DNA from: Pseudomonadota bacterium | Lineage (GTDB): Bacteria > Bdellovibrionota > Bdellovibrionia > Bdellovibrionales > SG-bin7 | Assembly: GCA_034439715.1 (NCBI GenBank) | Contig: JAWXAY010000104.1 | Coordinates: 1-32,008 of the forward strand | Length of the DNA stretch: 32,008 nucleotides | Direction: 5' to 3' | Made by a program: the position numbers and the translations under genes | The notes under the pieces: generated by a model | Database searches by the model: none | Told to the model about the DNA's origin: nothing | Seen by the model: the letters and a program-made list of their open reading frames with translations, nothing else | Shown here: in pieces, positions 1-10,899 of the stretch | Position numbering within the stretch: position 1 is the stretch's first letter | Layout of the letters: each line of letters opens with the position of its first letter

Positions 1-183
1 CCGGTGAGGTGCATTCAATATCTCACAAATTTTTCTTGAGAATTCTATTTCTTTTTTAGCGGCTCTCTGTCCGTAATCGAAAGTTAGCGCCAGCTCAATT
101 TGAAACTCCTGGCGAGCCTCAAAAAGGTTCACTGTTGAATCTAGACCTCCCGAGAGTAGAACTACGCAGCTTTCCTTTTTCAT
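1..183 (-). CDS. queC: 7-cyano-7-deazaguanine synthase QueC, 5' part (runs off the left edge)
   Basis: Not in the ORF track. Manual translation from ATG at 183 gives MKKESCVVLLSGGLDSTVNLFEARQEFQIELALTFDYGQRAAKKEIEFSRKICEILNAPHR, with the PP-loop SGGLDS and the QueC-type FDYGQR. The start overlaps the secF stop (ATGA). Confidence 0.88.
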   Translation of the reverse strand, partial: MKKESCVVLLSGGLDSTVNLFEARQEFQIELALTFDYGQRAAKKEIEFSRKICEILNAPHR

Positions 184-1103
184 CTTTTAATCCGCTCAAA
201 GACCAGCGCTATTGGCGAAGCTACATATATGCTTGAGTATACCCCGATCACTATTCCTATCAGAAAACTAAAGGCAAAGTCTTCAATTACGCCTCCAGCA
301 AACCAATAGAGAGCACCGGTCGAAAGAAAAACCGTGCCGGTTGTTAAGATGGTTCGGCTAAGCATCTCATTGACTGAAAGATTCATGATGTCCTTAAGCG
401 ACCCATCACGGTGATGAGTCAAGTTTTCACGAATTCTATCAAAAGTAACGATCGTATCATTAACGGAAAATCCAATTAGAGTTAAAATGGAAGCCATAAT
501 CTGCACATTAATTTCTTTTCCCAAGAGCACCAGAATGCCCAAAGTAATTATGGCATCGTGGAATAAACACAGAATAGCTCCCGCGGAGAAGTTAAAATCA
601 AAACGCAAACCCACGTAAATCAACAATACAATAAGAGAATAAAACCCTGCCAAAATACTGTTCTTTTTTAACTCCTCGCCAACTTGTGGGCCCACAGAAT
701 CCGTACGTAAAATATTGGGACCCATATTACTCAGGTTAGCAGTAATAACTTCTGAAAGCTTCTTTGCCGTCGCATTCGCTTTTTCGGTAATCTCTTTTTC
801 ATTCGCGCCATCAGGGTTCTCAAGCCGCAACAAAAATTCACTCTTTTCGCCAAATTCCTGAATTTGGACTTTAGGAAAACCGAGTCCAGCCAACGAGGAT
901 CTTAATTGCTCTGTTGAAAATTCCTTTTGGAATTTTACTTGAACTTCAAGGCCCCCCGCAAAATCAATTCCGTAGTTTATTCGTTTGGTAGCGAAGATGA
1001 CCAAAGACAATATCACAGCCAAAGCTGAGGCACTGCCGAACATCCAAGCCTGACCCATGAAATCAATCTTTCCCCATCTGTGTGCTTTATTCTGTGTTGC
1101 CAT
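180..1103 (-). CDS. secF: Protein translocase subunit SecF
   Basis: GIDFAGG, VGPQVGEEL, GFSVNDTIVTFDRIRE and SRTILT motifs; multiple TM segments; follows secD. Confidence 0.97.
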   Translation of the reverse strand: MATQNKAHRWGKIDFMGQAWMFGSASALAVILSLVIFATKRINYGIDFAGGLEVQVKFQKEFSTEQLRSSLAGLGFPKVQIQEFGEKSEFLLRLENPDGANEKEITEKANATAKKLSEVITANLSNMGPNILRTDSVGPQVGEELKKNSILAGFYSLIVLLIYVGLRFDFNFSAGAILCLFHDAIITLGILVLLGKEINVQIMASILTLIGFSVNDTIVTFDRIRENLTHHRDGSLKDIMNLSVNEMLSRTILTTGTVFLSTGALYWFAGGVIEDFAFSFLIGIVIGVYSSIYVASPIALVFERIKR

Positions 1104-1120
1104 TTTATTATTCCTTTAGT

Positions 1121-2872
1121 TTATGCTTTAATTAGAGTATTTACGTTGTGCCATTTCCATTTTATAACAATGACTTCAACGAGAGCGCGAGTAACGTAAA
1201 TTGAGGTAAACATCGAGGCTGCTAAACCAATCGTCATAGAGACTGCGAAGCCGCGAATGGGGCCACTGCCGTAATACATAAGCACTAAGCAGGTAGCCAG
1301 GGTGGTTACGTGTCCGTCAAATATTGCCGAAAACGCCCGATGGTAGCCCTCTCGAATGGCCGCAATCAGGCTTGTGCCTTTCCTCAGCTCATCGCGAATT
1401 CGCTCAAATATCAGTACGTTCGCATCTACGGCCATACCTGCCGTCAAAGCAAATCCGGCTACACCAGGTAATGAAAGTGTGGCGCCCAGACTCGCGAGCA
1501 CTGCCATTGTTAAAAAAAGATTTAACATTAATGCAACGTCCGCCACCAATCCAAAAAGGCGATAGTAACCAGCCATAAAAATCAAAACAAGACAGATACC
1601 AATTAAAGCTGCTTTTTTACCCTTATCAATTGAGTCTTGCCCTAACTGGGGCTTTACCGTTCGCTCCTCAAGCTGTTCTAAAGCCGCCGGAAGCGCGCCC
1701 GCGCGAAGTGCAGTACTTAAAAGCTGGGCGTCGGCATACTCCTCGTCACCGCCGCCTCCACCTAAAGTAATTTGTCCACTGCCATTAGGAATTTTTTCGC
1801 TGATAACCGGATACGATTTAACAACCTTGTCCAATACTATTGCCATAGCCTTATTTACGTTATTCTCTGTAAGTTTGGCAAATTGACCCGCGCCCACGGG
1901 CTCTAAACTAAAGCTGACACTGATTTTACCAAATTCTCCAGGTGACACGAAGGCGTCCTTTAAGCTACTGCCGTCAAGACGATGATCAGGATCAGTTTTT
2001 ACTACAATCGGAAGCTTCCCCATCTCTAATGTTTTAGCGCGCTCATCTTTCATAAAAAGGACCATGGTATCGGCGGGCAACTTCGTTTTTAGATCAACGT
2101 TAATTCTTTCTACATAATCGGTATATTTTAAATAAGTTGTTTCGTCTTGAGCTTCAGTTTTGGGTGTGCCTAACTTATACTTACCTGTTTTTTCAGCTTC
2201 TACGATCCACTGACCGACTAGATCAGGTTTAGCGTCTTCTGAAAGCAGCATGAATTCTAAATGAGCCGTCTTTTGAATTAGCTCTTTAGCTTTTTGTGCA
2301 TCTTTAATTCCCGGTAACTGAATCAAAATGCGATCTTTACCCAATGCCGAAATACTCGGTTCGTTTACGCCAAATTCGTCAATACGGTTTCTGAGAGTCT
2401 CGATGGATTGTTCAATTACCCGAGTTTTATAATAATTGAGATAGTTCTCGAGATATCTGACAACCACATACTCTGGTTTTTTTTCGATAACTTGAAGCTG
2501 AGTATTATAACCAGAGGAATCAACAAACTCGACAATAGCTACTTCATCAGAAGGACTATTAAGCAGTATTTTCATTTCGCCCAAGGTCGGATTTGTGATC
2601 TCTATATTTTTAATATTAATTTTTTTCTGTTCTAAAATAGTTTGTTTAATGGTCGAAGCCAGTCTCACGGTCGCTTCTTTAACAACATTGTCTACGTCAA
2701 CACCCATTACCAAGTGCAGTCCGCCTTGAATATCAAGTCCGTAGGTCAGCTTTTTGCTACCCATAAACCACTTCTGCTTTTTTTCATCTTTAACAAATGT
2801 GGGTGCGAGCCAATACGCGCCTAGTATTATAATTCCAATAATCAATGTAAATCGAAATTTAAAACTTTCCAT
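1121..2872 (-). CDS. secD: Protein translocase subunit SecD
   Basis: GLDIQGG, RIDEFGVNEP, LRAGALPA and GMAVDANVLIFERIRDE motifs; start overlaps the yajC stop (TAATG). Confidence 0.97.
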   Translation of the reverse strand: MESFKFRFTLIIGIIILGAYWLAPTFVKDEKKQKWFMGSKKLTYGLDIQGGLHLVMGVDVDNVVKEATVRLASTIKQTILEQKKINIKNIEITNPTLGEMKILLNSPSDEVAIVEFVDSSGYNTQLQVIEKKPEYVVVRYLENYLNYYKTRVIEQSIETLRNRIDEFGVNEPSISALGKDRILIQLPGIKDAQKAKELIQKTAHLEFMLLSEDAKPDLVGQWIVEAEKTGKYKLGTPKTEAQDETTYLKYTDYVERINVDLKTKLPADTMVLFMKDERAKTLEMGKLPIVVKTDPDHRLDGSSLKDAFVSPGEFGKISVSFSLEPVGAGQFAKLTENNVNKAMAIVLDKVVKSYPVISEKIPNGSGQITLGGGGGDEEYADAQLLSTALRAGALPAALEQLEERTVKPQLGQDSIDKGKKAALIGICLVLIFMAGYYRLFGLVADVALMLNLFLTMAVLASLGATLSLPGVAGFALTAGMAVDANVLIFERIRDELRKGTSLIAAIREGYHRAFSAIFDGHVTTLATCLVLMYYGSGPIRGFAVSMTIGLAASMFTSIYVTRALVEVIVIKWKWHNVNTLIKA

Positions 2873-3192
2873 TATTTCGCTTCTCCTGCCAACAGTCCTA
2901 CAAGTTGATTTTTTAATACCTTAATGTTCACGCCTTCGGAAACTTCTAGGGTTACAAATTTATCGGTCATCCCATTGACTGTTCCTAAAATTCCGCCGCT
3001 AGTAAGAACCGAATCCCCACGTTTAACTTTGGAAAGAAAATCTTTGCGTTGACTTTCTTTTTTTGATTGCGGTCTGATCAAAATAAAATACAAAACCACA
3101 AACATAAAAATAAGCGGAAACATTTGCTCCAAAAATCCTGGCTTGGAAACCGCAGCCCCAGCTGCCTGTGCGTACGCGTAGTTAATAAACAC
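2872..3192 (-). CDS. yajC: Preprotein translocase subunit YajC
   Basis: TM helix followed by YFILIRPQ and GDSVLTSGGILG; GTG start with a G-rich RBS; lies between tgt and secD. Confidence 0.95.
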   Translation of the reverse strand: MFINYAYAQAAGAAVSKPGFLEQMFPLIFMFVVLYFILIRPQSKKESQRKDFLSKVKRGDSVLTSGGILGTVNGMTDKFVTLEVSEGVNIKVLKNQLVGLLAGEAK

Positions 3193-3252
3193 TTCTACCC
3201 CCGTTGAATTATCTCTTAAAACCTTAAAAAATGACGATCCTTTGCAGAAAAA

Positions 3253-5387
<2,135 letters not shown>

Positions 5388-5388
5388 G

Positions 5389-5901
5389 CTATCGCTCAGA
5401 CCAATCCTGCGTGCGCCGAAATTCCGGATCTTTCATTCTGTTTTTTGCTAACGTAGCCATGATGCGAGCTTGTAGTTTTTCTGGTTTCGCTTTAAGCCAA
5501 GGCGTTTTTAGAGTCTCCTTAAGCAAAGGATTCCAAATATTTTCTGAAAATTTCACTCGATTTTTGAGTCTGATCGCATAAACGAGTTCACAACCCATAG
5601 CCTCTGCGGCTTTGGTTAAAGTATTTAGAGAAACAGTCCCCAAAGATTCACTTTTTTCAATCTGCCCATACCCAGAACGAGTCATACTGAGTTTCTCCGC
5701 AATTTGATTGGTAGACAAAAAAAGAGCCTCACGAGCCTTTTTTAACCAACTCCCTCTTGGAGTGCATTTAATATCGCCACTGAGGTACGGTTTTATTTCT
5801 TGGTCCGTTTCGATGTGGCCGTAGTTCTGATACCAGAAAGTAAAAGCCCAACTCAGTTTTTCTCGTTCTTTGCCTATATTTTTTTTAAATGGATTATTCA
5901 T
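5389..5901 (-). CDS. XRE-family helix-turn-helix protein resembling 'mobile mystery protein A'
   Basis: PRGSWLKKAREALFLSTNQIAEKLSMTRSGYGQIEKSESLGTVSLNTLTKAAEAMGCELVYAI matches, from memory, the TIGR02612-type pattern W..aiR.aLgms..qlA.rl....v..lEksE..g.vtl.tL..aA.aL.c.lvY. Confidence 0.8.
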   Translation of the reverse strand: MNNPFKKNIGKEREKLSWAFTFWYQNYGHIETDQEIKPYLSGDIKCTPRGSWLKKAREALFLSTNQIAEKLSMTRSGYGQIEKSESLGTVSLNTLTKAAEAMGCELVYAIRLKNRVKFSENIWNPLLKETLKTPWLKAKPEKLQARIMATLAKNRMKDPEFRRTQDWSER

Positions 5902-5927
5902 GGCAGGGACCCTCTCACCCCAGTGTT

Positions 5928-5957
5928 GAACAAGTCAAGTTATAACTTGTCTTGTTC
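5928..5957. promoter_or_regulatory. 30-bp near-perfect palindrome, candidate operator of the HTH gene
   Basis: GAACAAG-T-CAAGTTA|TAACTTG-T-CTTGTTC: 14 of 15 pairs match; it ends 26 bp upstream of the HTH start and contains TATAAC on both strands. Confidence 0.65.
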
Positions 5958-6020
5958 GAGAGGGCCGAAACCACCAGGCGCCAATTAGTGGCAAGCCTTA
6001 CATCTGCGCGACTGTCGCCA

Positions 6021-8060
6021 CTAGCGCGTGAGCCACTCCGTAAAAGGCTTATAGGTCATTGGGCGCCCTAAAAATCCACGTACCATTTGTTCGGCGGGAA
6101 TGCTGCCGCCTTTCTCTAAAACTTGCTGCCGGTAGCGAAGCGCTGTCTTGGGATCGAAAAGTCCCTTTTTTTCAAACTCGCTATAAAAATCTTTAGCTAT
6201 AATCTGCGACCAGATATAAGTGTAGAAGGCCGCTGAATAGCCCATCAGGTGTTCAAAACTATAAGCATAGTGCGTCCCTGGTACGAAGATAAAATGACTC
6301 AATCTTTTTTGTATCGTTTCAAGCATAAGATCCACGTTCACTTTTTTAGGATCTTGATTATACAAATCAAGACTAAACTTTGCGAGCATCATCTGCCTTC
6401 TAGTAATGATACCCTTGCCGAAATCTTTTGACACTTTTAGTTTTTCAACGAGGTCTTTTGGTATCGGCTCACCCGTTTTATAATGTGTTGCAAAACCTGA
6501 AAGTGTTTCGACATCCCAAAACCACTCTTCTAGCATCTGTGAAGGTGTTTCAATAAAATCCCATTCCACATTATTATGGCCGGAGGTATCATACCAATGG
6601 AAGCGACTGCCGAGAATCAAATGTATAAGGTGTCCAAATTCATGTAACATGGTTTCGGCATCGTCGTAACTCAAAAGCGCGGGACTAACTTTGTTGGGAT
6701 TTGGAAAATTGCAAATCAATACTCCCTGCGGCAATCTTTTATCTTTTTGCCCCTTCCTTAAAGTAAATTGGGCTGCGTGTTTGAATTTCCCATCCCTGGG
6801 AAACAAATCTAAATAAAATCGACCAATAAGCTTATCACTCTCAAACACATCGTAAGCTTCGACTTCGGAATGCCAAAGTTTGACGTCAGTAACTTTTTTA
6901 TAAGAGAGACCGAACAGTCGTCCCGTAATATCAAGCACAGCTTGCTTTACTTTTGAGAACTCCAAATAATTTCTGATTTCTTGCGGATCAAAATTAAGTT
7001 TTTCTTTTTTTAGCTCCTGCATTAAGTAACTATACTCATACGGAAAAATATTAATCGCGCTGGGACTCGATTTTTTCTTAATTTCCATAATTTGTTGAAA
7101 TTCTCGTTTGGCCTGGAAATCAGTCGCAGCAATAACCCGCTCTATCAGTTGATGCGCCTTGAAGGGGGCATTAACCATGTAGGGTTCAAGCTTATAATTG
7201 GCATGATTGGTATAACCCAAAAGTTGAGCCAATTCATAACGAGTCTTTAATATACCATTTAATATCTCGACGTTTTTTGGGTAACCGCGATTATTAAAAA
7301 GCATGTGCATTTGTCTTTTAACTTCAATATTTTCTGCATAGTCATAGAGAGGTAAGACGTCGGGGTAATCGGTTGTCAGGGTAATAATGCCCTGCTGATT
7401 AGGTTTGTGATTGTCCAGATAATCTTGAGGCATACCATTAAGCCAAGTCAGATCTTTGATTTCAAGCTTTCGTACATCTTCGGCGATATTTTTTCGAAAA
7501 GTTTGAGTCAAGTTACTAAGATGATCTTCAAGTTCCGCTATTCTTTTGCGAACACCCACAGATTTATTAACTCCCGCCCTGCGAAAATCTCTCAAAACTT
7601 TTTTAGCGTAGTGTTTAGTGACAGCATCGGCCGACTTTAATTTTACAGAACTCAGCGCTTTATAGAGATTGGGATTCAGATTTATTTTTCGCGTGAGATA
7701 AGATTCGATTTCCAGTTTTAACTTTCGTGCCTTATCGCGAAGTGCGGGCTCCGGATCTACGTTCTCTAGGACATTGAGATTGTTGTAAGCTTCATCTGCC
7801 AAAAATTCAAAATCATTATAGGGCTCAAAAGTATTCGCAATGGTTGGCTTCTTTTCGACAGCTAAAATTTTATCGAGGGCAGCGTCAAATTGCTTAAAGG
7901 CAGCTTCGGCCTCTTGGTATAACGATTCGCCGCTGCGATCGAGAGCAAATCCCTTTTCATCTGTAATTAACATATAGGGTTTTTCTGGTTGTTTTTCTGA
8001 AGGACCAGAACAACTCGTAAGAAAAACCGTTAACAAGACTAAAGGTATCTTTTGGGCCAT
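6021..8060 (-). CDS. M3A-family Zn oligopeptidase (thimet oligopeptidase-like), probable lipoprotein
   Basis: HEFGH zinc motif, DFIETPSQMLE, FYLDLFPRDGKFKHAA and GYSAAFYTYIWS. Start re-assigned to ATG 8060 (GGGAG RBS), giving MAQKIPLVLLTVFLTSC with a lipobox. Confidence 0.9.
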   Translation of the reverse strand: MAQKIPLVLLTVFLTSCSGPSEKQPEKPYMLITDEKGFALDRSGESLYQEAEAAFKQFDAALDKILAVEKKPTIANTFEPYNDFEFLADEAYNNLNVLENVDPEPALRDKARKLKLEIESYLTRKINLNPNLYKALSSVKLKSADAVTKHYAKKVLRDFRRAGVNKSVGVRKRIAELEDHLSNLTQTFRKNIAEDVRKLEIKDLTWLNGMPQDYLDNHKPNQQGIITLTTDYPDVLPLYDYAENIEVKRQMHMLFNNRGYPKNVEILNGILKTRYELAQLLGYTNHANYKLEPYMVNAPFKAHQLIERVIAATDFQAKREFQQIMEIKKKSSPSAINIFPYEYSYLMQELKKEKLNFDPQEIRNYLEFSKVKQAVLDITGRLFGLSYKKVTDVKLWHSEVEAYDVFESDKLIGRFYLDLFPRDGKFKHAAQFTLRKGQKDKRLPQGVLICNFPNPNKVSPALLSYDDAETMLHEFGHLIHLILGSRFHWYDTSGHNNVEWDFIETPSQMLEEWFWDVETLSGFATHYKTGEPIPKDLVEKLKVSKDFGKGIITRRQMMLAKFSLDLYNQDPKKVNVDLMLETIQKRLSHFIFVPGTHYAYSFEHLMGYSAAFYTYIWSQIIAKDFYSEFEKKGLFDPKTALRYRQQVLEKGGSIPAEQMVRGFLGRPMTYKPFTEWLTR

Positions 8061-8176
8061 GACTTCTCCCTTAATGTGAAATTTTGAATCCCTGATTGGA
8101 AAATAAAAGTCCACCATCTGTCAAGACTAGACTTTCCTCTGTAAATTCTCGAATTGATCATGCCGATAACTGTGTA

Positions 8177-8953
8177 ATGAGATTTAAAGCCTTAATTGCT
8201 ATCTTTAGTGTCGCCTTGGCAAGCCTTTACCTATTTCGCTCCTGCAATCAAGGCGACAGCCCTACTTCGGCCCCGACTCAGAACCAAGAACACGATACCA
8301 CTAAAGCCGTCACCACAGAGGAAGAATCACCTCGTGAAATCGCATCGGCTCAGAAAGATATTATTAGTAGCGAAGAGGCTTTTCTTAATATCTATCCAGG
8401 AAATTGGACATTTAAACGCGAAAACGGGCATCTCAATTTTATCGCGGGCGGAAACATTCCCGCTGCGGGCAATGACAAAGACTCGGTCAAAAAGTTTGTT
8501 ACAAAAATTGCCCCACTTCTGGGCGTCCCGGCAGAACAATTTGAACCTGAGTTCAAAGAAACCAGTCGGAGCGCTTTGAGCGTTATGTTTTTGGTGGAAC
8601 AAAGGAGCGATGGCTTCAGTGTTTACCAGGGCAACCTCAGCGTGCAGGCACGTAATGTTGATGGCGCCGTATTTTTGATAAACAATCAAATGAGAGATGT
8701 TGGACCATTTAATAAATCTCCTAGATTATCATCAGGCGATGCCCAAAAGATTATCGAGAAAACATACTTTAACGAGATAGACAAAATTGCTTTGGTAAAG
8801 GGGCCTGTAATCTTTGCCAGGGAACGCGACAAAACTGAACTCGCATGGGTTTTCAATGTAACTTTTAATAGTCCGCAATATCAGGCTTTTGAGGTTGTGA
8901 TCGGCGCGCAATCCGGGCAGGAACTTCACCAGCAAAGTCTAGTAATTCATTAA
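8177..8953 (+). CDS. Exported or membrane-anchored protein with FTP-like and PepSY-like propeptide domains and no catalytic domain
   Basis: Likely start ATG 8177 (MRFKALIAIFSVALASLYLF, hydrophobic). EQRSDGFSVYQGNLSVQ...DGAVFLIN resembles the fungalysin/thermolysin propeptide; PRLSSGDAQK...LAWVFNV...VVIGAQSGQEL resembles PepSY. No HEXXH. Confidence 0.65.
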   Translation: MRFKALIAIFSVALASLYLFRSCNQGDSPTSAPTQNQEHDTTKAVTTEEESPREIASAQKDIISSEEAFLNIYPGNWTFKRENGHLNFIAGGNIPAAGNDKDSVKKFVTKIAPLLGVPAEQFEPEFKETSRSALSVMFLVEQRSDGFSVYQGNLSVQARNVDGAVFLINNQMRDVGPFNKSPRLSSGDAQKIIEKTYFNEIDKIALVKGPVIFARERDKTELAWVFNVTFNSPQYQAFEVVIGAQSGQELHQQSLVIH

Positions 8954-10803
8954 ATTTCGATTTGAATTCCCACTTCGATCACGCTGCTCGGCGGAATTCC
9001 AAAAAACGCGGTCGGCCGCTGAGCATTTCGCGCCATCAATGCAAAAATTTTCTCACGCCACGGAACCATTCCGCGAAGCCCTGTTGGCAAAATAGTTTCT
9101 CGACCAAGTACAAAAGTGGTGTCATCAAGACGAAAATCGATACCCTTCGCCCGACAGGTCTCCAACACTTCTGTAATTTTGGGAGTTTCCATATAACCAT
9201 ATATCGCAAAGACGCGGTAAAATCCGGGAGCAAGTTCGCGAATTCCAATTCGTTTGTCACTCGGAATGAACGGCACCTGCTCGGTGGCAATTGTTAGAAC
9301 CGCAATTTTTTCGTGGAGAGATTTAAAATGTTTCAAGTTTTGAATGAGGGGTAGTGGTACACCAAAGGGATCACCTGTCATGTAAATTGCCGCTCCCGGA
9401 ACCCGATGTGGTTGGCTAATAGATATTTGCCGCACGAACTCCTCGAGAGACAGTGATCTTTCAATCAGAAAGCGTCCAAGAATCTCGCGCCCTTTCTTCC
9501 AGGTTGTCATCACTAAGAACATTCCACTGCAAATAGCGAGAGGAATCCAACCGCCATCTAAGATTTTAACAGAAAGAGCAGACACAAAAATAATGTCAAT
9601 TGTCAAAAAAACCAATACGAAAATAAAAGTGTTGTACCACTTCCACTTCCAAAGCATGTGCGAAACTACGGCCACCAAAACTGTTGTAATAATCATCACA
9701 AGAGAGACAGATATCCCATAAGCTGAAGCCAAAGAACTGGAGTTTTTAAAAACCATTACGAGCCATGCCACTCCCGCCAGAAGCAGCCAATTGATAAGCG
9801 GTACATAAATCTGACCAATAGCTTCTTTAGAGGTGTGCACGATTTGCATTCTCGGTAAAAAACCCAGCTGAATGCCCTGTCGCACGAGTGAAAACACACC
9901 AGAAATAAGTGCCTGTGATGCTATAACGGCGGCCATTGTCGACAGAATAACTAGTGGTACAATCCAACTCTGCGGTGCTAAAAGAAAAAAGGGATTTGAA
10001 ACACTTTCGGGATTCAAAAGTATCAGTGCCCCCTGACCAAAGTAATTAATAAGTAGGCTTGGCAACACCAGATAAAACCAGGCTAAACGAATTGGCTTTT
10101 TCCCAAAATGCCCGATGTCGACATAAAGTGCTTCGCCACCTGTGGCCACTAAAAATACGGCACCTAAAACGACAAATCCCGTATAGCCACTATGCAATAA
10201 AAAATGAAGTGCCCAATAGGGATTTAGCGCTAACATAATATGAGGGTTCATGAGGATTCCTCGAACCCCCAAAATCGACATCGCCAAAAACCAAACGATC
10301 ACGATGGGTCCAAAAACTTTACCAATAACTGCGCTGCCACGTTTCTGAAAAATAAAAAGTCCCGCTAAAATTATAAGTGCAAGAGGTACTACAAAAGGCT
10401 CAAACACGGGGGTTTTGGTAGCCACATTCAAACCCTCGACGGCACTGAGCACTGAAATTGCAGGAGTAATAATTCCGTCACCAACTAACAACGAAGCGCC
10501 AATGAGACCAAAAATCAATATGGCTTTGTCAGTTTTAGGTCTCTTGACGTTAGCGCCTTGAAGTAAAGCCATTAGCGAGAGAATTCCCCCCTCACCATTA
10601 TTATCAGCGCGAAAAACATAATACATATATTTTAAACTGACCGTAATCAGAAGAGTCCAAGTGATGAGTGACAAAACACCAAAAATATTTTCTGAATTTG
10701 GAACGACGCCGTGAGAGGAACTAAAGCATTCGCGAAGAGCGTAGAGAGGGCTCGTCCCAATATCTCCAAATGTAACGCCGAGTGCGCCAACAATCAGAGG
10801 CAA
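8950..10803 (-). CDS. kup: KUP/HAK/KT potassium transporter
   Basis: GALGVTFGDIGTSPLY, ADNNGEGG, GDGIITPAISVLSAVEG, GGEALYVDIGHFG and GQIYVP. The start is uncertain (TTG 10803 or further upstream). Confidence 0.96.
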   Translation of the reverse strand: MPLIVGALGVTFGDIGTSPLYALRECFSSSHGVVPNSENIFGVLSLITWTLLITVSLKYMYYVFRADNNGEGGILSLMALLQGANVKRPKTDKAILIFGLIGASLLVGDGIITPAISVLSAVEGLNVATKTPVFEPFVVPLALIILAGLFIFQKRGSAVIGKVFGPIVIVWFLAMSILGVRGILMNPHIMLALNPYWALHFLLHSGYTGFVVLGAVFLVATGGEALYVDIGHFGKKPIRLAWFYLVLPSLLINYFGQGALILLNPESVSNPFFLLAPQSWIVPLVILSTMAAVIASQALISGVFSLVRQGIQLGFLPRMQIVHTSKEAIGQIYVPLINWLLLAGVAWLVMVFKNSSSLASAYGISVSLVMIITTVLVAVVSHMLWKWKWYNTFIFVLVFLTIDIIFVSALSVKILDGGWIPLAICSGMFLVMTTWKKGREILGRFLIERSLSLEEFVRQISISQPHRVPGAAIYMTGDPFGVPLPLIQNLKHFKSLHEKIAVLTIATEQVPFIPSDKRIGIRELAPGFYRVFAIYGYMETPKITEVLETCRAKGIDFRLDDTTFVLGRETILPTGLRGMVPWREKIFALMARNAQRPTAFFGIPPSSVIEVGIQIEI

Positions 10804-10869
10804 AAGCCTACCTTTAACAGGGATGTTATCTCGAGTTTTGATTCTTAATCTCCACCTAAATTTTAAGCC

Positions 10870-10899
10870 ATCCTAACTATTTAAGTTCCATCAAGTCAA
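10870..10899 (-). promoter_or_regulatory. Candidate sigma70 promoter for kup
   Basis: Minus strand TTGACT-18 nt-TAGGAT; the -35 overlaps the hutU stop. Confidence 0.4.

Noticed and set aside
5902..6020. preQ1 riboswitch upstream of the queuosine operon
   Set aside because: No preQ1-I-like short stem with A-rich tail is visible; the long dyad symmetry fits a DNA operator better. An Rfam scan would settle it.
8061..8176. ORF-track starts at 8117 (-) and 8096 (+)
   Set aside because: They make the two divergent genes overlap head-to-head and bury the signal peptides; ATG 8060 and ATG 8177 fit better.
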